From: Candidatus Omnitrophota bacterium
GTDB taxonomy: Bacteria > Omnitrophota > Gorgyraeia > B26-G9
Reading direction: 5' to 3'
Assembly (NCBI GenBank): GCA_018895275.1
Contig: JAHIOQ010000051.1
Location: forward strand, 46,409-110,408
Length of the DNA: 64,000 bases
A program made the position numbers and the translations under genes. Shown in pieces: positions 31,065-40,709 of this stretch (position 1 is the stretch's first letter; every line of letters starts with the position of its first letter). A model generated the notes under the pieces. The model worked only from the letters and a program-made list of their open reading frames with translations. It ran no database searches and was not told the DNA's origin.

Positions 31065-32569
31065 CGGTATTCAATTACCTCCACTTTGATTTTACCCAAC
31101 AGCCGTACAACATCCAGCTGTTTATTTAAATCGCCCTCAATAAGCCTTATATGCGCCGCATCGGCGATATCCTGTCCGAAAGTCGGATCCATATCCACCC
31201 ATCTGCCGACATAAACACTCGGCCAGGCATGATAATAAAAACGGCCGTTCGCGTACGCCAACCCGACGTTAATCCTTGCGGGAATCCCGGCCGAACGCGC
31301 CAATGCCGTAAAAAGCGCGGTATGCTCATTACAATCTCCCTCGCGCGTTTTAAGCACGTCCACGGCAGAGGGAACACTTACCACCGCCACCTTGCTGATG
31401 TGCTCAAAAACCCATTTATTAATCTTTTTCGCCGCTAAAAAACTGTTCCGTTCTCCTTGCACGATATCGCGGGAATACCTTTGTATCTGCGCATCGAAAA
31501 CCTGGATAAAATCATCCGCGCTCAGGAATTCTTTCATCCCTTCTATGGGTAAGGCCAGGGCATTTTCCGGCTGAATAGTATCCTTGTTTATTTCAAGAAT
31601 CATCTTTCCGTCTTTGTTTGCGATAATTTTTTGCCTCTGGTTTTCCAGGGAAAACCCTTCAGGGATACCGCTAAGCGCCAGCTTCATATACGTCATGCTT
31701 TCCGGGGCCAGCGGCATATTACAGGCAACGGAAACCAATTCCGCCAATTCCACATCCGTTTTCTCCGCGTTATGATACATACGGCTGACTTTACCCGCCT
31801 CTTCCCTGATCAATACCCAGCCCATACCGGTTTCTTGCTTTAAAATTTCTCCCCGCTCATTCACCCATGCCTTTTGTTCCAGTCCGCGGTAAACAGATTT
31901 TACGACAAATACCTCTACCGGCTGTCCCTCAAACTCCATGGTCTCCTTAGGGCCGACCGCGATATCCAGGGGCTCCAGATCCAGGGTGAACGGATTAAAA
32001 ACCTTGATACTATATCTTTCTCCCTCTTTTAATGCTCCGAACGAACTGAACGGACTGATGATATTCGCGATAACTATCCCTTTATCCTGAGGCAGGGTGA
32101 TCTGTTTTTGCGTGGTTCTCCCCGGGGATTCTATTTCCAGGAGAAGCTGCTGTTTACCTTTCATCTTTCCCTTGACCTTCAAGGTATGCAGGCCGGAATT
32201 CAGCTCAAAACTGAAATTCTGCAGCTGATAATCCTCGTCGACTATTGCCTCGGCATTAAACCAGACCTTGTTTCTGCGCTGCATCAGCAAAAAATTCATC
32301 CATGTACGGTTGGAAATACGGTATCCGGAAAGCCCTTTACCGATCATCACCGGCTCAACCGAGGAATGGACAAACCCTATAGGCGCATTGTTGAAATATA
32401 TACCCATCCAATCATCGCTAAGCAGCCTGTTGCGGGAAAGAAACGGCTGATAAGCAGAGGCCTTGCGCACGGAAACAACCTCGCGGTTGATCAGCGCCCC
32501 CATCATAACCAGCCAGAATAATATAATCAAACCCGGCAGTGATTTTTTAAAAAAACGTTTTATCCGCAT
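31061..32569 (-). CDS. transglutaminase-like domain membrane-anchored protein
   Basis: It has an N-terminal TM helix. The C-terminal transglutaminase-like core has the Cys motif REGDCNEHTALFTALARSAGIPAR and downstream His/Asp residues. It overlaps the ATPase gene start (ATGA). Confidence 0.65.
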   Translation of the reverse strand: MRIKRFFKKSLPGLIILFWLVMMGALINREVVSVRKASAYQPFLSRNRLLSDDWMGIYFNNAPIGFVHSSVEPVMIGKGLSGYRISNRTWMNFLLMQRRNKVWFNAEAIVDEDYQLQNFSFELNSGLHTLKVKGKMKGKQQLLLEIESPGRTTQKQITLPQDKGIVIANIISPFSSFGALKEGERYSIKVFNPFTLDLEPLDIAVGPKETMEFEGQPVEVFVVKSVYRGLEQKAWVNERGEILKQETGMGWVLIREEAGKVSRMYHNAEKTDVELAELVSVACNMPLAPESMTYMKLALSGIPEGFSLENQRQKIIANKDGKMILEINKDTIQPENALALPIEGMKEFLSADDFIQVFDAQIQRYSRDIVQGERNSFLAAKKINKWVFEHISKVAVVSVPSAVDVLKTREGDCNEHTALFTALARSAGIPARINVGLAYANGRFYYHAWPSVYVGRWVDMDPTFGQDIADAAHIRLIEGDLNKQLDVVRLLGKIKVEVIEYR

Positions 32570-32600
32570 CTATAAAATAGCCACCCAGACTCATTAAATT

Positions 32601-32915
32601 CTATTCCAACCCCAGGGCAAAATTTATTGCTTTATTAACCGCCTCCATTTTCTCTGCCCGAAGCGCGCAAATCCTTTCGGTGATAATACTCTTTCTAACC
32701 GTAGTAACCGTATCGAGATTTATCACGCAGGCTTGCGGCAAACCGTCCTTTTTATCCAAAAAAACTTCTACCGGAATATTCCGAACCGTAGTCGTAATTT
32801 GAGCCACGGTTACGGCATTGCGTACATTATAGGCCTCGTCACGAGAAAGTAAAAGCACCGGGCGTCTGCCCACCGGCTCCGGCTGCTGCGACCACCAAAC
32901 CTCTCCCCGTCTCAT
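32601..32915 (-). CDS. type II toxin-antitoxin system toxin, PemK/MazF family endoribonuclease
   Basis: MRRGEVWWSQQPEPVGRRPVLLLSRD..AVTVAQITTTVRNIPVEV..ACVINLDTVTTVRKS follows the MazF/PemK pattern. It overlaps the upstream antitoxin gene by 4 nt. Confidence 0.75.
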   Translation of the reverse strand: MRRGEVWWSQQPEPVGRRPVLLLSRDEAYNVRNAVTVAQITTTVRNIPVEVFLDKKDGLPQACVINLDTVTTVRKSIITERICALRAEKMEAVNKAINFALGLE

Positions 32916-33169
32916 TTCCAGCCCTCTTCTTCAAAGGCATCCGCGGAAAGCTTCTCATAAACCTTTATTTCGGAAACAGACTCCGGTTTATTGAGATATC
33001 CTTCCTGATACTGTTTTATCAGCTTCTTCTCTTCCATGTTTTTTAGCCAGAAACGAATCGCCGTATCTATAATTGCGCTTCTTTGCATCCCCAATCCTTT
33101 GCGGATTTTTTCAATGCGCATTAAATCTTCCTTCGGTATGCTGATGGCAATTTTAGCGAATTTCTGCAT
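32912..33169 (-). CDS. ribbon-helix-helix (CopG-like) antitoxin
   Basis: KIAISIPKEDLMRIEKIRKGLGMQRSAIIDTAIRFWL is an RHH fold pattern. The start was set to the ATG at 33169, which has an AAGGAG Shine-Dalgarno 6 nt upstream. Confidence 0.65.
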   Translation of the reverse strand: MQKFAKIAISIPKEDLMRIEKIRKGLGMQRSAIIDTAIRFWLKNMEEKKLIKQYQEGYLNKPESVSEIKVYEKLSADAFEEEGWK

Positions 33170-33257
33170 CTCAATCTCCTTCATACTAAAGTATAACATA
33201 TTTCATACCACTTGGCAAGTTGAATGCAAAACTAAACCACACGATTACACGCGATTT

Positions 33258-33671
33258 TCACCAGATTCTTCTTTTTACTTCCAAACTTTCCGTGCCAAAA
33301 TTCAACAATAAACCAACTCTATTCTTTGTAGCTTTGAGATAGTTTAAAAGCTGGGCTTCATCGTTTTTAGTTAAGCCGGTAGTAGCTTTTATTTCTAATA
33401 TTACTTTGTCCTCAATAATCAAATCAGGCGTATATTTCCTTGGAATCAGTAACTCTTTATACCAAATATCTAATTCTTTCTGTAACTCAAAAGGTATCTT
33501 GCTTATTTTCAGTTCGTAGCATAATGCTTCCTGATAGACATATTCCAGGAAGCCATTCCCTAATATCCTATGGACTTCCATGGCTGCGCCTATAACCTTC
33601 TCGGTTAAGTCATGATAAAGCCACTTGTCTGCCTTATCGTGTGTTAATCTAGTGAAATCTTGTGGTTTCAT
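33258..33671 (-). CDS. GxxExxY family protein (intact copy)
   Basis: 137 aa with the eponymous motif GNGFLEYVYQEAL. The N-terminus MKPQDFTRL resembles the peptides encoded by the TIR elements. Confidence 0.75.
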   Translation of the reverse strand: MKPQDFTRLTHDKADKWLYHDLTEKVIGAAMEVHRILGNGFLEYVYQEALCYELKISKIPFELQKELDIWYKELLIPRKYTPDLIIEDKVILEIKATTGLTKNDEAQLLNYLKATKNRVGLLLNFGTESLEVKRRIW

Positions 33672-33747
33672 TTTTTAATATCGTTATATCCATTTCGTGG
33701 TTTATTTTCTTAGTGCTTGGTGAGTTTATGATTAAAACCGGATTTTA

Positions 33748-34062
33748 TTAAAACCCTTTTGTTTCCGACTTGCTGACAATGCGCACAAAACGTATGCCCA
33801 TCTCAAATTTTTTGTTGCCGGAATTTTTATTTTCTTTAAGCCAGACCACCTCAGCGAGGGCATAATAAGGGCTGCTCATGCGTGATATGGCCACTTCAAC
33901 CTCAAGCCGGGAACCGAGGCTAAGCTGCCTATCCGTACAAATGCACACCCCGCCCGCGGAAATGTCCTTTGTCATTGTATTTTCCACGTCATTACTCTGC
34001 TCCAAACAATGCCTAAGCGGCATCTCCTGAACTAAACGCATATGTTTTCTTTTTTCAGCCAA
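33748..34062 (-). CDS. PilZ domain protein (c-di-GMP binding)
   Basis: It has RxxxR (EKRKHMRL) and DxSxGG (KDISAGGVCI) motifs. The likely start is the TTG at 34062, which has a GGGAGGAG Shine-Dalgarno. The 13-nt motif lies just upstream at 34085-34097. Confidence 0.65.
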   Translation of the reverse strand: MAEKRKHMRLVQEMPLRHCLEQSNDVENTMTKDISAGGVCICTDRQLSLGSRLEVEVAISRMSSPYYALAEVVWLKENKNSGNKKFEMGIRFVRIVSKSETKGF

Positions 34063-34108
34063 TGTAAACTCCTCCCTTCTTTTCGACACCAAGACACTAA
34101 ATTTTATT

Positions 34109-36532
34109 TTAATTATTGCTTTGCGACAATACCACGGTTTTCGGCATATAGGTTATCGTGACGTCCTCGAGCACGGGAATCTCTTCATAATTAGTCGCGG
34201 TATCATTATATCCGCTATAAAAGTAGGCCCTGTATGTAATAGACGGATTTGTACTTGAATCAATATATCCACCGCCGGCCTGCAATGCTCCCGCCGGATG
34301 AACAACCTCCGGCCCGGGACTAATCGACATATCCTCTCCTGCGGTAAAGCCGGTAGTAACATAAATCCGTTCCGTGTATCCTGCCGCGTATCCTCCTACG
34401 GCATTAGAAGACAGCGTTGTCCCGGCAGAAATAGTACCCCATTCAATTGTGTCCCAGGCCAGCGTCTCTGTAGGGTCTAAAATGTTTGATGTATACACAG
34501 CCTGCTTGGGGATAACGCGCACATTATCGATATTCGGACGATTATTCGAGCCGTACAAACAAATGGGCCCTTCACCAGGAAGTGACGCCCAGCTATGAGA
34601 GATGTTAAGCGGCGCCGCTCCCCAATATGCATCTGCGGTCGCGGTATTGCCCTTCACTACCAAATGAAATGTCTTATTCGGCTGATACGAACAATCCACG
34701 GATTTATTATTATTCACACAATCCAAAATCAATTTATTGCTCAATGCCGCCATCTCCGGCTTGAAATAGACGTAGTTACCAACATTAAACCATCCGCTTT
34801 CATTCTGTAAAATAGAGATATAAAGAGTTGCTTCCGCGCTAGCTCCCTGGGAACGAAAAAGTAGATGCCCGACATTCATTGCCTTTTGATAAATCGGCCC
34901 GTGCCAATACCACATACCTTGAGAATATGCTGGGTCCGGATTTGGTGGAGGCGCTGGCGGCACCGGAACCTCTGAATCCTCCCAGTTCTCCGGTATTGAA
35001 CGTAATGGTAATCCCGACCGTGACTTAGAGCCATCCACTTCATCTTCAATATACATAATAGCCGAAAAATCCGACAGCCGCCATTCCAGTCCGGTTCCTA
35101 ATCTAATAATCGGCCAATAATTGGTACCAGTAGTTACCAGTTTCCCTCCGGAAATCGCATAATTGCCCTTAACTTTCAGCCATACGGCAGAGCTCATTGC
35201 CGCATCGCTGAAATCATCCCAGAATCCGGGTTTTACGGCGTTTTTCACTATGCGGGCCTTTGTTGAATCATAGGCACTTGCCGGATACAATCCCGGATAA
35301 CATACACTTAAATTCAGCGGGAAATCATCACGCGTAGTGCAGCGGCCATAATTAGTAAAGGAATCAAACTCCGCTTTTGTCGTTTCATATATTTTCCGGT
35401 AAATACGCACCGTCTTTGTAATCCGCTTTTTCGCGCCACGATATTCTCCCAATGCCTCTATTTCATAGCAGCCCCCGGAATCAAAACAAAAATAGGTCGT
35501 GGGCGAACGCGTGGTAGAATCCAGCGGGTCATAACGATTGGGATCGGTGAAAATCAATAAATTATCCAGATCAGCGCCGGAAATAATAGTCGCAAGGAAC
35601 CGCTGAAATTCGCCGCGCGCGGACAAAAAGTTATTAACATTTACATCCGGATCCTTTCCGTCAAACGGATTCAGGTTCCGCCGGCTGACAATCTTGTCGG
35701 CCAAGTCATCCTCATCACCGCTGATCATCGGCCCAAGCACGGCTTTAAGCACTTCTTTCGGCGCGGTATTCACGTTTACAAACACCTTACGCGTATGCCC
35801 GGCAACCGGAGTTTTCCCTGATTTATTCAGATAAAAAATGCCGTCATCTTCGTCTCCGTATAAGGTTATAAAATTCTTTAACGCATTATACTTACCCTGG
35901 GCGATACCTGCAGTCAGTTTTATTTCTTCTTTTGAACGAAATATCTTATCAGGAAGACTCTTCCGGCAAACGATAAGCGCTTGCGCCTCTGCTTGGGAAA
36001 GTCCCAAATTATCAAGAATCTGCACTAACTCAGCCTCAGCAGCGGAATCCGGTAAAGGCGTATTGATATTTATCAGGCTGGCGCAGTCAATTACTTTAAG
36101 TTTACAGGTAATATCCTCGGAAAATTTATAGGATATGCCATTACCCACCTCTCCATCGAGGTTATCAAATGAAGGATATTTTGCGTCGGCAAGGTCTACC
36201 GTGTTTTCATTTCCCGGCTCGGTATTGTTTCCGTTATAAAACCAACTCTCGCCAGTCGTATCACAGGGATCATTTTTTGCTCCTCCCGTGCCATTACTTC
36301 CCATAGTCCCATATTTCAATTCTTCAATCGCGCGGCTAATCCCGGCCTCGGCAATCAACTCCGCCCTGAACTGATTCACGTAATTCCGCGTTGCCTGCAG
36401 CTCGAGGCGGCTGAAAGCGGAAAACCCTACGCTAACCATCGCCAGGATGGAAAGCACTCCCACGACCAAAACCAATGCTATTCCTGAGTTTCTTTTATAA
36501 ATATTCATCATCTTTTTTAAATTATAACACAA
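34109..36532 (-). CDS. large extracellular protein with a GspK-like minor pseudopilin N-terminus
   Basis: 807 aa. The N-terminus KRNSGIALVLVVGVLSILAMVSVGFSAF resembles T2SS GspK / minor pilin anchors that lack Glu+5. The rest is Gly/Asn/Thr-rich with no recognisable catalytic motifs. Confidence 0.45.
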   Translation of the reverse strand: MCYNLKKMMNIYKRNSGIALVLVVGVLSILAMVSVGFSAFSRLELQATRNYVNQFRAELIAEAGISRAIEELKYGTMGSNGTGGAKNDPCDTTGESWFYNGNNTEPGNENTVDLADAKYPSFDNLDGEVGNGISYKFSEDITCKLKVIDCASLININTPLPDSAAEAELVQILDNLGLSQAEAQALIVCRKSLPDKIFRSKEEIKLTAGIAQGKYNALKNFITLYGDEDDGIFYLNKSGKTPVAGHTRKVFVNVNTAPKEVLKAVLGPMISGDEDDLADKIVSRRNLNPFDGKDPDVNVNNFLSARGEFQRFLATIISGADLDNLLIFTDPNRYDPLDSTTRSPTTYFCFDSGGCYEIEALGEYRGAKKRITKTVRIYRKIYETTKAEFDSFTNYGRCTTRDDFPLNLSVCYPGLYPASAYDSTKARIVKNAVKPGFWDDFSDAAMSSAVWLKVKGNYAISGGKLVTTGTNYWPIIRLGTGLEWRLSDFSAIMYIEDEVDGSKSRSGLPLRSIPENWEDSEVPVPPAPPPNPDPAYSQGMWYWHGPIYQKAMNVGHLLFRSQGASAEATLYISILQNESGWFNVGNYVYFKPEMAALSNKLILDCVNNNKSVDCSYQPNKTFHLVVKGNTATADAYWGAAPLNISHSWASLPGEGPICLYGSNNRPNIDNVRVIPKQAVYTSNILDPTETLAWDTIEWGTISAGTTLSSNAVGGYAAGYTERIYVTTGFTAGEDMSISPGPEVVHPAGALQAGGGYIDSSTNPSITYRAYFYSGYNDTATNYEEIPVLEDVTITYMPKTVVLSQSNN

Positions 36533-36612
36533 GTCCCGGTATTCTTACAACCAACAAAAAAGGGGCAGGATAATCCTGCCCCTTTTTTATTCAGCATTAG
36601 ACCGTTATACGG

Positions 36613-37254
36613 TTATGCCTTCTTTTTTCTTCTTGTGGAAGTAAGCATACCTATAATACCGGTTCCTAACAACAATAAACTGCTCGGCTCAGGAATAACA
36701 TCGCCATCAATATCATCATAATAAGCAGACCCCGCCCCGGGGAAATACGGGTCGACTGCTCCCCACATAGCCAATGTATAACGAACCGAAAGAGTTCCTG
36801 CAGGAGCCGGGGTTGAAGTAAGCTCAACATATTGCCACCCCTGCGTCCCGCCAATCACGGGTGTAGTGTCAATTGCTGCAATAGGTTCTATAGCATATCC
36901 CGGATTAGTAACGTTAAAATATGCTATCTGTAATGTAGCATTTGCCTGGTCATTAAGATTTTGCACATTAATCCAACCCTTCAAGTAATTTACAGCACCT
37001 GCAGTGGCCGGACGATTCTGATACCTACCTCCCCATCCATCACCCGCAACCGGTGACTCCATGTTCATCTGTAAACCATAACTACCTGAATGAGCAGCCG
37101 CAGAATTAATATTAACTGTGTGAAATCCAAGTAATGTCCATGGCGTTACATAACCTGTTTCAAAACCAGAATTTGTCAACGTGTTCGCGCGAGCTATTGC
37201 CGGGCACACCAACATCACCACAACCAATAAAATAACTATTCTTTTCATATTCAT
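36613..37254 (-). CDS. PEP-CTERM sorting domain protein
   Basis: The C-terminus VIPEPSSLLLLGTGIIGMLTSTRRKKKA has the PEP motif, a TM helix and a basic tail. It has a signal peptide. The start was set at MNMKRIV, which has an AAAGGAGGTGA Shine-Dalgarno. Confidence 0.8.
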   Translation of the reverse strand: MNMKRIVILLVVVMLVCPAIARANTLTNSGFETGYVTPWTLLGFHTVNINSAAAHSGSYGLQMNMESPVAGDGWGGRYQNRPATAGAVNYLKGWINVQNLNDQANATLQIAYFNVTNPGYAIEPIAAIDTTPVIGGTQGWQYVELTSTPAPAGTLSVRYTLAMWGAVDPYFPGAGSAYYDDIDGDVIPEPSSLLLLGTGIIGMLTSTRRKKKA

Positions 37255-37326
37255 TTCACCTCCTTTCATTTTAGCGTTAGTAATCATATTTAATTTTTTC
37301 ATTTTTTTCACCCCCCTCTATAGTTT

Positions 37327-37989
37327 TTATTCATACCTAATGTCATCAAGATAAAAAGTGCATCCGTCCGGATTGGCCATCGAGCTGGTCACCCAGACAA
37401 AACCGCCGCTGATATAAGACAAGTCAAGGTCCGCAAGGTCTATACTATACTCCTGCCAATCTGCGGTTAGTTCAATCGGCCCTATACTCGCGGAATCCGT
37501 ATCGGAATACGTGCCGGTAATCCCGCCCATCTTGAACTCTGTAATCTGTTCGCCGCCTTTTTCACCGCGCGCCCAAAAGACAACCTTCTTCGCGCCGCTT
37601 AAATCATAACCACCCTTTTTCTCGCCCCAGTTATTCGGCGGCCACTGCCAGTAAATTCCCGCCCAATTCGCCCCCTGTTTTCCTTCGGCGCTGTAATTAA
37701 TCTTAATGCATGTTTTTCCGGAATACGGATTATCCTTACATCCTTCGGTATACTTGATATCACCATAATCCCCCATCCATCCGGAAGGGCAATAATGGTT
37801 GCGCTTGTTCCCGCGGTCAAAATAGACTCCGAAGCCGTTAAACGAACCTTTCTGCTCCGCGGCAATTACAATTGACCAAGCCGAGATACCGAACACTACT
37901 GCAAGTAGAATCAACACCACTCTTTTTCCCACGTTTCTGTACCCCCCTTTCATTATTTGAGAATATTTTTTTTGCTTTAGCATAATCAC
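37327..37989 (-). CDS. secreted hypothetical protein (possible carbohydrate-binding beta-sandwich)
   Basis: It has a signal-peptide-like N-terminus. It is Trp/Gly-rich and has no PEP-CTERM tail. It is probably co-transcribed with the PEP-CTERM gene. Confidence 0.35.
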   Translation of the reverse strand: MIMLKQKKYSQIMKGGYRNVGKRVVLILLAVVFGISAWSIVIAAEQKGSFNGFGVYFDRGNKRNHYCPSGWMGDYGDIKYTEGCKDNPYSGKTCIKINYSAEGKQGANWAGIYWQWPPNNWGEKKGGYDLSGAKKVVFWARGEKGGEQITEFKMGGITGTYSDTDSASIGPIELTADWQEYSIDLADLDLSYISGGFVWVTSSMANPDGCTFYLDDIRYE

Positions 37990-38038
37990 GCTCTGTTTTG
38001 TTAATAGTTTGCAATCAGTAATTTTAAAATGCTAGAAA

Positions 38039-38067
38039 AGTATACCATATAAAAAAAAAATTGTCAA
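38039..38067 (-). promoter_or_regulatory. sigma70-like promoter (TTGACA-N17-TATACT) reading into 37989-36613
   Basis: The plus strand reads AGTATA at 38039-38044 and TGTCAA at 38062-38067, giving -35 TTGACA and -10 TATACT with a 17-nt spacer on the minus strand. Confidence 0.4.
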
Positions 38068-38094
38068 TATTAATTAAATAATTTTAAAAAGACT

Positions 38095-38730
38095 TTAATT
38101 GAAAATTTTCATTTCTATAACTACTGATTTTGCAACATGTTGCAATCCTAAAAATTCTTCTTCAGAATTATTTTGGGAATAAATTTTAGAAATTCTTATC
38201 AAGCTGCCTTCAATATTCTTACCGGCCAACCGTTTTATTAAAAAATAAAGCTGTTGTTTGTAGTAGCTGTTGGTTATTAATTCATTCGCCGTATAAAAAT
38301 ATAAAACGCTTTGAAATCCTTTCTCCGTCTGCACCAGGAGATAATTTACCGGCACCTTATGGCCGGCACCTATATCCAAAATTACAGTTTCCTTGCGTAA
38401 CAACTCATTCTTACCCGAGCCCAGATAGCAATACTCCGGCGGATGTATGCTGGAACGCCGGCTCGCGCTCTTAAGGATATAGAGATATATTTTTTCGCCC
38501 TCGCTATTGCCATATTCAGCGAGGACTGCGCCGCGCGTGCCGAGAATATTGAGAAACTCTTCATTGATCGGAATATCACGCGAAAAAATCCATTCGCCCA
38601 GACGGCCCGGAACCTGCGGCTTTTCCACGTCATTGCCCTCCTGCACCTTGGCCGTTTTAATCCAGGCAATAAAAATTGCGCAGAACAGTAAAATAATAAT
38701 ACTAATCGTTAAGCTATCGATTTTCTTCAT
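38095..38730 (-). CDS. exosortase-associated EpsI family protein
   Basis: 211 aa with a single N-terminal TM helix then a periplasmic domain. It is located next to the exosortase gene, as is typical for EpsI. Confidence 0.55.
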   Translation of the reverse strand: MKKIDSLTISIIILLFCAIFIAWIKTAKVQEGNDVEKPQVPGRLGEWIFSRDIPINEEFLNILGTRGAVLAEYGNSEGEKIYLYILKSASRRSSIHPPEYCYLGSGKNELLRKETVILDIGAGHKVPVNYLLVQTEKGFQSVLYFYTANELITNSYYKQQLYFLIKRLAGKNIEGSLIRISKIYSQNNSEEEFLGLQHVAKSVVIEMKIFN

Positions 38731-39005
38731 AATGTAGACTCAAATATCCTTTAGCTACTAAGTCACAAAGGCTCTAAAAATACAAACAGATAAGATATTT
38801 CCATTTTATTCCTCTCACAAAGTTCACCAAGCACACAGAGAAATCAAATTACTCCATTGATAACTCTTTTTATTCCGTTTTCAATATTTCTCTGTGGACT
38901 TTGCCCGCTAAGTATTTCTCTGCGATTGCCCGCAGCTAGGTCTCGCCATGTTTTTTGGCGGATGCCCTCTGTGAGAGACTATTAAGCTGCCGCTATTTCC
39001 TTCTT

Positions 39006-39052
39006 GCCTTGGTGCCTTCGTGGCTAATTTATCCGCCAAAAGTCAAAAAACC
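39006..39052. repeat. 47-nt repeat element CCTTGGTGCCTTCGTGGCTAATTTATCCGCCAAAAGTCAAAA containing the 13-nt motif
   Basis: It is near-identical to 28547-28594 and similar to 11509-11565. It contains TTGACT on the minus strand and overlaps the exosortase stop codon. Confidence 0.5.
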
Positions 39053-39855
39053 ATAAAAAATTTCCGCAGTAAGGCCAGGCCTAAAAAAGCAAAAACAAAT
39101 ACAAGCATCCCGGAAAAATCGTGAAACCAGCCCATTGCCACGCCGGCACCGTATACATAATAGACAAGTATAAGCAGTATAATGCGCACGACATTGGAGA
39201 TAAAGGCAACCGGCAAGGCGGCTAAGAAAAACAAGATTCTTCTTTTAAACGAAAATCCGGTCAAATAAGCAAACAACAAACTTAATGCCGAAAGCGCGAT
39301 AAGCGATTTTAACCCGCTGCAGGGGGTCCCCACGGTCAAAACTCCGTTCGGCAGATAAACCAGGCTTCCGGCATTTTTTAAGGGGACGATAATTCCGATG
39401 ACTGAACATGCCATACGCGCCGCAAGAATCTTCAGGTAAAAACTCAATCCCAGCGTCATCGCATTCGGCAAAGGTATCATAAAAAACAAAAATCCCAAAG
39501 GAAACGCAAGTGTCCGCAGGCATGGAGCCCCGTAATTATAGAGCACCAAACCGCAAACAGCCGCGATAAAAAACAAGCCGCTGAGGAAATTAATCTCAAA
39601 ATAAAAGGCGAAAAGATGCACAGCCAGGGAAACAAGCAGCAAAATCAGGCCGGCATTGCTGGGGTTCGGGGAAAGATTCCGAAGTTGTTCTTTTTTTAAA
39701 AAAATCAGATACGCGACAACAAACGGGATTAAATACCCATGGGCATAAAAGGATTCCGCCTCGGAAAAACGATATCGCATCCATGATAACGTCGGCAGAA
39801 AAACCAACAGCGTCAAAAGGATCACTAAAACCAACTTGATAAATTTAACAACCAT
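39043..39855 (-). CDS. exosortase (Xrt family transpeptidase)
   Basis: 270 aa with 8 predicted TM helices. The N-terminal segment FYAHGYLIPF, the active-site region TPCSGLKS (conserved Cys) and the downstream NVVRI (conserved Arg) are exosortase hallmarks. Confidence 0.7.
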   Translation of the reverse strand: MVVKFIKLVLVILLTLLVFLPTLSWMRYRFSEAESFYAHGYLIPFVVAYLIFLKKEQLRNLSPNPSNAGLILLLVSLAVHLFAFYFEINFLSGLFFIAAVCGLVLYNYGAPCLRTLAFPLGFLFFMIPLPNAMTLGLSFYLKILAARMACSVIGIIVPLKNAGSLVYLPNGVLTVGTPCSGLKSLIALSALSLLFAYLTGFSFKRRILFFLAALPVAFISNVVRIILLILVYYVYGAGVAMGWFHDFSGMLVFVFAFLGLALLRKFFMVF

Positions 39856-40709
39856 TATTCCTTACTAAGCTCTTTAATCTCTTCAATTGCTTTTTTGGCC
39901 AAATCTCCTTCGGGATATTTTTCCACGATTTGTTGATAATATTTTACCGCTTCTTCTTTATTTTTAAGATGATAGTGATAGATTTTAGCTATATTAAAAA
40001 CAGCGCATGCTTGAATAATCGGGCCAACCTCTCTATCGCTAAGCGACTTGAGGAAAGCTATCGCTTCCTCTTCTCCTTCAAGATAAAGCATGCAACTAAC
40101 CGCATAATTGAGCGAAACGATCTTCACCATTTCCGATTGACTATTCTCTATCGCATCTTTATAAGTTTTTAGCGCGCTTCGAAAAGCAAGGCCAGATTTT
40201 TCGGATTCCCCTCTTTTTTTATACTGCTGAGCTAAATAAAAAGGAACCATCAATCCAATTTCAGTATAAGGATACGCCGTGGATATTTTCTTATAGGTCT
40301 TCTCCGCCTCATCCCAGTTATCCGCTCGTTCGTAAAGCACGGCAATGTTTTTTAATGCAGCTACACAAATGGCATCTTGATGGGGAAAAGTCTTGCAAAT
40401 AAGTTCATATTGTTTACGCGCCCCTTCAGAATCATTTTTCATCTCATAAATCATCGCCAGATTAAAATAAGCCAGCGGAGCGCTCTTCCAATACGGGTAC
40501 CGCAGCGTTATCTCTTTAAAAGAAAAAATCAGGGCATCCATCTCCTCTTTTTCAATGTTTTCATTATGCTTTTCTTTTTCAACCAATTTCTGTAATTTAT
40601 TATTGGCCTTCCAGAACATCTTTTCCGCAACATAAGTACCGTCGCCGCACCCGGAACACAAGAAATTTACAAGTAGAAACATTAATATGAATATTTTAAT
40701 ATGTTTCAT
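39855..40709 (-). CDS. TPR repeat lipoprotein
   Basis: It has a lipobox FLCSGC after a signal peptide and multiple TPR-like helical repeats. Its stop overlaps the exosortase start. Confidence 0.55.
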   Translation of the reverse strand: MKHIKIFILMFLLVNFLCSGCGDGTYVAEKMFWKANNKLQKLVEKEKHNENIEKEEMDALIFSFKEITLRYPYWKSAPLAYFNLAMIYEMKNDSEGARKQYELICKTFPHQDAICVAALKNIAVLYERADNWDEAEKTYKKISTAYPYTEIGLMVPFYLAQQYKKRGESEKSGLAFRSALKTYKDAIENSQSEMVKIVSLNYAVSCMLYLEGEEEAIAFLKSLSDREVGPIIQACAVFNIAKIYHYHLKNKEEAVKYYQQIVEKYPEGDLAKKAIEEIKELSKE

